In this document: one piece after another, positions 59,257-64,000 of the stretch
Numbering within the stretch: position 1 is the first letter of the stretch
How the letters are laid out: every line of letters begins with the position of its first letter
Assembly: GCF_032444005.1 (NCBI RefSeq)
Contig: NC_091284.1
Span: 301,444,001 to 301,508,000, forward strand
DNA: 64,000 nucleotides
DNA from: Ranitomeya imitator
Taxonomy: Eukaryota
Reading direction: 5' to 3'
Program-made: the position numbers and the translations under genes
The notes under the pieces: generated by a model
The model's database searches: none
The model's input: the letters and a program-made list of their open reading frames with translations, nothing else
What the model was told of the DNA's origin: nothing

Positions 59257-59982
59257 TACTGGTTTCTTCCTCAGTTGTGATTTTTACCTTTTCTATATAA
59301 ATATGGGTAAATGAATTGGCCATTATAGATTTATGGCGCTGTAAAGAGAGAGGAGAATTACAGAAAGGAGATGTCTGCAGGCAAACACACACCTTTGTTT
59401 CCTGAACGCATCATTCACTGTGAAATAATGCAAAAATTCATCTTTGTATTGACGGTGGCAGCAACATTTTGCCATTATATGTTTATCGTGTCAATGCTGT
59501 CGAGGTCTAAAATGTAATCGCACTATACACTATGTGTGTTGTGTGTGATGCATGTGTTGTATGTGTTCTGTGTGTTGTGTGTGTGTGTGTGTGTATGTTT
59601 GTCGTGTGTGTTGTATGTGTTGTGTGTGTTTTGTATGTTATGTGTGTTTGTTGTGTGTGTGTGTGTGTGTTCTGTATGTTGTGTATGTATGTTTGTTGTA
59701 TGTGTTGTGTGTGTTTTGTATGTTATGTGTGTTTGTGGTGTGTGGGTTCTGTGTTGTGTGTGTGTGTGTGTGTTCTGTATGTTGTGTATGTATGTTTGTT
59801 GTATGTGTTGTGTGTTTTCTGTATGTTATGTGTGTTTGTTGTGTGTGTGTGTGTTTGTCTGCAGCCATCTCCTTTCTGTAATTCTCCTCTCTCTTTACAG
59901 CGCCATAAATCTATAATGGCCAATTCATTTACCCATATTTATATAGAAAAGGTAAAAATCACAACTGAGGAAGAAACCAGTA
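59257..59982. repeat. Inner 136-bp inverted repeat enclosing a complex GT-rich microsatellite
   Basis: 59257-59392 is the reverse complement of 59847-59982; compound (GT) tract at 59530-59850. Confidence 0.9.
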
Positions 59983-62900
59983 GTACATGAACAAAAGTAA
60001 CACCCGGAAAATAAAATACTGTAAACAATAGTAAAACATTATATTCAATAATATTCATATTTTTAACCTTATATGATTTGTTTGCGACAGATCATAGAAA
60101 TCAAAAACCATATCATGTTTGGTGCACTATATTAAATGCTTTATGCATATAAACTTACGTTATCTTAACCCAAGGATTCTTGATAATGTAAAAAGAAAGG
60201 GGCTTACTAATGCTGCTATGTTGTTTCTAGGGCCCCAGATAAGGTCATTTTTGTGATAAAATGTATTGTTAAACTGAAAATGATCTAGCCTAAGCAAATA
60301 AATATCACGAGTCACATATCTAATGAGAAAATTATTATTTAAATGATTATAACTTTAAACCGTAACGCGGAAAAATAAACCGTGACACGAGATATAGTGT
60401 ATATTGGATCCATTTGTGACGAAAATCAATGGTGTATGTCCGTGTTTGAAAGTAGCTATTTGGCTCTATTTTAAGCTACAGATATTACAATAGTCTGAAC
60501 AGAACCTAAGATGTAACTTCACATGAAACTACTGTGCTACATTATAAACTACAAAATAGTTTTGTAGCTTTGTGTAGAAATATATCAGACATAGAATATA
60601 AAGCTACTAGGGAAAAGGATTCTATTTGTAGGTTGTCTCTTACTCATAAAGCTAAAGAGTCATTTAATATGGATATTAGCGACTATAAAAAACAAAATAA
60701 GTCATCCTGTGCACATACACACCGCCTTTATAAGCTTCCAAAAGTAAACCCCAATGTATAATTAATATGATATTCTGCCATCTAGTGACCGTGATAGTTA
60801 ATTGGTTATGCTACACATTTCTCAAAATGCCATACACTTCAGAATATATTTGCAATTCACTACGCATGTAACACATATTTCTTCGCCCCAACTCCTGCCT
60901 GTTATGCATATAGACCAAATTTATGCCTAAAATAGCACAAATAGTTAATATTGGTGTATTTTCATACACGTATCAAAACTCTGGGTTTCTATCAATAATT
61001 TCTCCTGTCATTAAGCCCCAAAAATATGAAATAACTGTATAATTTTTAATTCAGCAAAAAACTGTAATAATATATGCTGATGTGTTCGAGCTAAAAGTTA
61101 TGCGTTTGTTTCTTGCAGTTTTGGGTTAACCAAGAAGATTTTTTATGCATAATTTCATAGTAAAGTAGGCCTATAGAAATCATTAGTCATTCAATATAAA
61201 ATGGTTATTTTCTGAATTCGACATTATAACCCCCAATTTCCAATGTCTCTGGTGTGTCCCGCATGTCTTGTAGAGATACAGCTGTGCCTGTCTGCCAGAG
61301 ATTTTTACACAAAAAACAAGAAAAAGCAGCGGCATATAAAATGCGAATTACAGTGTCAAATAATGGTGCATAACACAAAATATATATATATATAATATCC
61401 CCGTGAGAATGTGTTAGAAAACTCATATAAAATGAGTGTTATAAATATCATATAAAAGTTGTGAAATTAATATGTGCTAAAATAATGTAGAATTAAAGAA
61501 TGCTGGAATAGTATATGTGACTGTGTCACACCCTTTTGAGATAACAAAAATACTAGGGCTAGATAGATGGCACTCCCGGGATTACCAAAAAGCTAATATA
61601 ATATAAACCAAAGATATAAAAAGAATGCTGAATTTTTACTAAACAGGAGGTTGCAGAATAGAAATGTTACAGCATGGAATAATAATGCTGAATTTATTTT
61701 CAAAGGATATTAGTAAGGCCGCGAACCAATAAATGATTTTACAATATTGTGTTATAAATCCCTTATAAATGAGAATGTGTTATAAATATCATATAAAAGT
61801 TGTGAAATTAATATGTGATAAAATAATGTAGAATTAAAGAACGCTGGAATAATATCTGCGGATGCGACAGCGCTAAAAGTTATACATTTGTTTCTTACGT
61901 GTTTTGGTGCAGCCAGGAAGATTTTTTATGCAGATTTTATATAAAATGCGAATTACAGTGTCAAATAATGATGCAGAGCACAAAATATATATATAATATT
62001 CCCGTGAGAATGTGAAGATTTTTTTATGCATATTTTATATAAAATGCGAATTACAGTGTCAAATAATTGCGCAAAACACAAAATATATATATAATATCCC
62101 CGTGAGAATGTGTTAGAAAACTCATATAAAATGAGTGTTATAAATATCATATAAAAGTTGTGAAATTAATATGTGCTAAAATAATGTAGAATTAAAGAAC
62201 GCTGAAATAATATCTGTGGATGCGGTAGATCTAAAAGTTATACATTTGTTTCTTACGTGTTTTGGTGTAGCCAAGAAGATTTTTTTATGCAGATTTTATA
62301 TAAAATGCGGGTGAATACAAAAAAGGCTTCTTTATTTCCAAATAACATGCTGCAGATACACTATCATCATGACCTGTGTGACTTGTGGCTGTCAAATAAA
62401 ATACAATGCTCTGATAACTGCAGTAAACTCATTTCCGCTACCTTAGTAAATATTGTAAGTTGCTCTCTGTGTACGTTCTACACCGTTTTTTTGGGTCAAC
62501 AGAACCTCTGTTAGTATATCTCCCCCACAGAAACTCTGGCTGTCTAGTGACCAGCATGTCCTGTAGAGACACAGCTGTGCTTGTCTGTCAGTTTCACACT
62601 TATATTAATGAAATGTCTTTGTAAGCCACGTTGTCCTGTAGAGACACAACTGTGATTATTATATAAACGGCATGGTGTGTTATAAAATACAATATATAAA
62701 AATGAGAATACCTTACACATTACAGTCTGCAGCCAGAAACAGTGGTTCTAAAATACACTGCATAGAAATGTGGCCGTAATAGGTAATTGGTTATGCCCCA
62801 CATTTCTCAAAATGACATACACTGTAGAATATATCTGCAATTCACTACGCTTGTAACACATATTTCATCGCCCCAACTCCTGACTGCTATACATATAGGC

Positions 62901-63060
62901 CAATTTTACGCCTAAAATAGCACAAATAGTTAATATTGGTGTATTTTCATACACTTATCAAAACTTTGGGTTTCTACATAATTTTCTATTTATATGGCCT
63001 AATTAGCAATACTATTCAGCTGCATTCTGAGATATATATATTAATGTACACCCTGCACGC

Positions 63061-63094
<34 letters not shown>

Positions 63095-64000
63095 CGTGCC
63101 TGTCTGACCGCGATTTTACACAAAACATTAAAAGTATGTATATGTTAGATGTCTTTGAATAAAAAGGAGTCAAATTATAGACCTCACAGGCACCTGTAAA
63201 ATTAATATGTGCTAAAATAATGTAGAATTAATGAAAGCTGGAATAATATATGGGAATGTGTCACACCCTTTTGAGATATCAAAAATACTATATGTGTACA
63301 GCATATTAATAAAGTGCAAAAATCACTGACCTATGTGGCCCGCATATTAATAAAGTGCAAAAAATCCCTGACCTATGTGGTCAGCATATTAATAAAGTGC
63401 AAAATGGCATTACCACTTGCTATAGCGTTATTTTTATAAACATGTGTTATCCCCGAATCAAATTAACAATATCAAACATGTTGTGTTATAAAAGCATGAA
63501 TAACACTGATAGAAATGCACAAAGAGTGCAGAAGTGTTATTTCTATAAAGATATATTGCCCTGTTTCTTATGTATGTCCAGTTATTTTCAACAAAACAAG
63601 GATAGAGTCAAATTATAGACAGCACAGGCAACGTGCATAAAGATAATAACATAAATAAGTCCTAAATGTCTATTTCGTGTGTGTTGTATGTGTTGTGTGT
63701 GTGGGTTCTGTGTGTGTGTGTGTGTGTGTTCGTGCCTGTCTGACCGCGATTTTACACAAAAACATTAAAAGTATACCGCAAAGATGCATTTGCCAGCATC
63801 ATGCTGTTAGCTAACTTAAAATTTGAGCTGTTGTTTTATTGTGAGAAATAAATCTTTTTTAATTTTTACAATATCGTGTCTTTGGTTTATATTCGTATAA
63901 AACACGCCGCTTCTTACTTGCGTGTGTTGTAACATTGGGGCATATTATATATATAATATATATATAGAAATAAGTTGTCCAGTAACTCTTCTGTTTGTGT

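Larger units (their letters stand above)
50102..64000. mobile_element. Giant non-coding foldback element with multi-kb inverted arms (extends past the window)
   Basis: 50737-50801, 52409-52745 and 56582-58825 together are the reverse complement of 61661-64000; AT-rich modular tandem repeats; no transposase; left boundary 50102-50121 uncertain. Confidence 0.7.

Noticed and set aside
59532-59990. Cys/Val-rich ORFs
   Set aside because: GT microsatellite translation
1-64000. CRISPR array, tRNA or rRNA genes, prokaryotic systems
   Set aside because: None seen; tandem repeats have no unique spacers and the context is a eukaryotic intron

Overview
Vertebrate genomic DNA, most likely from a large-genome frog (inferred from the repeat families: T2/Kolobok-like and Harbinger MITEs, abundant Neptune-like Penelope elements). 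The only host coding sequence found is one 169-bp plus-strand exon (17505-17673) matching BLTP3A/UHRF1BP1, so the rest of the window appears intronic and is almost entirely nested transposons: several Penelope-like element (PLE) relics, CR1 and L2 LINEs, a non-autonomous Helitron, Tc1/mariner, piggyBac-like, hAT and Harbinger elements, a sushi/Tf1-type chromovirus, and a 2-kb solo LTR. Three things stand out. (1) Minimal hammerhead ribozymes (HHRs) in the PLE 3' repeats, whose 3:8 core pair covaries (C:G, U:A and A:U). (2) Repeated tail-out palindromic PLE insertions with 14-16 bp target-site duplications (TSDs), including a 6.5-kb one with 3.2-kb arms. (3) A non-coding foldback element with about 3.3-kb inverted arms that runs past the window end. 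All coordinates and alignments were read by eye; no database searches were run.
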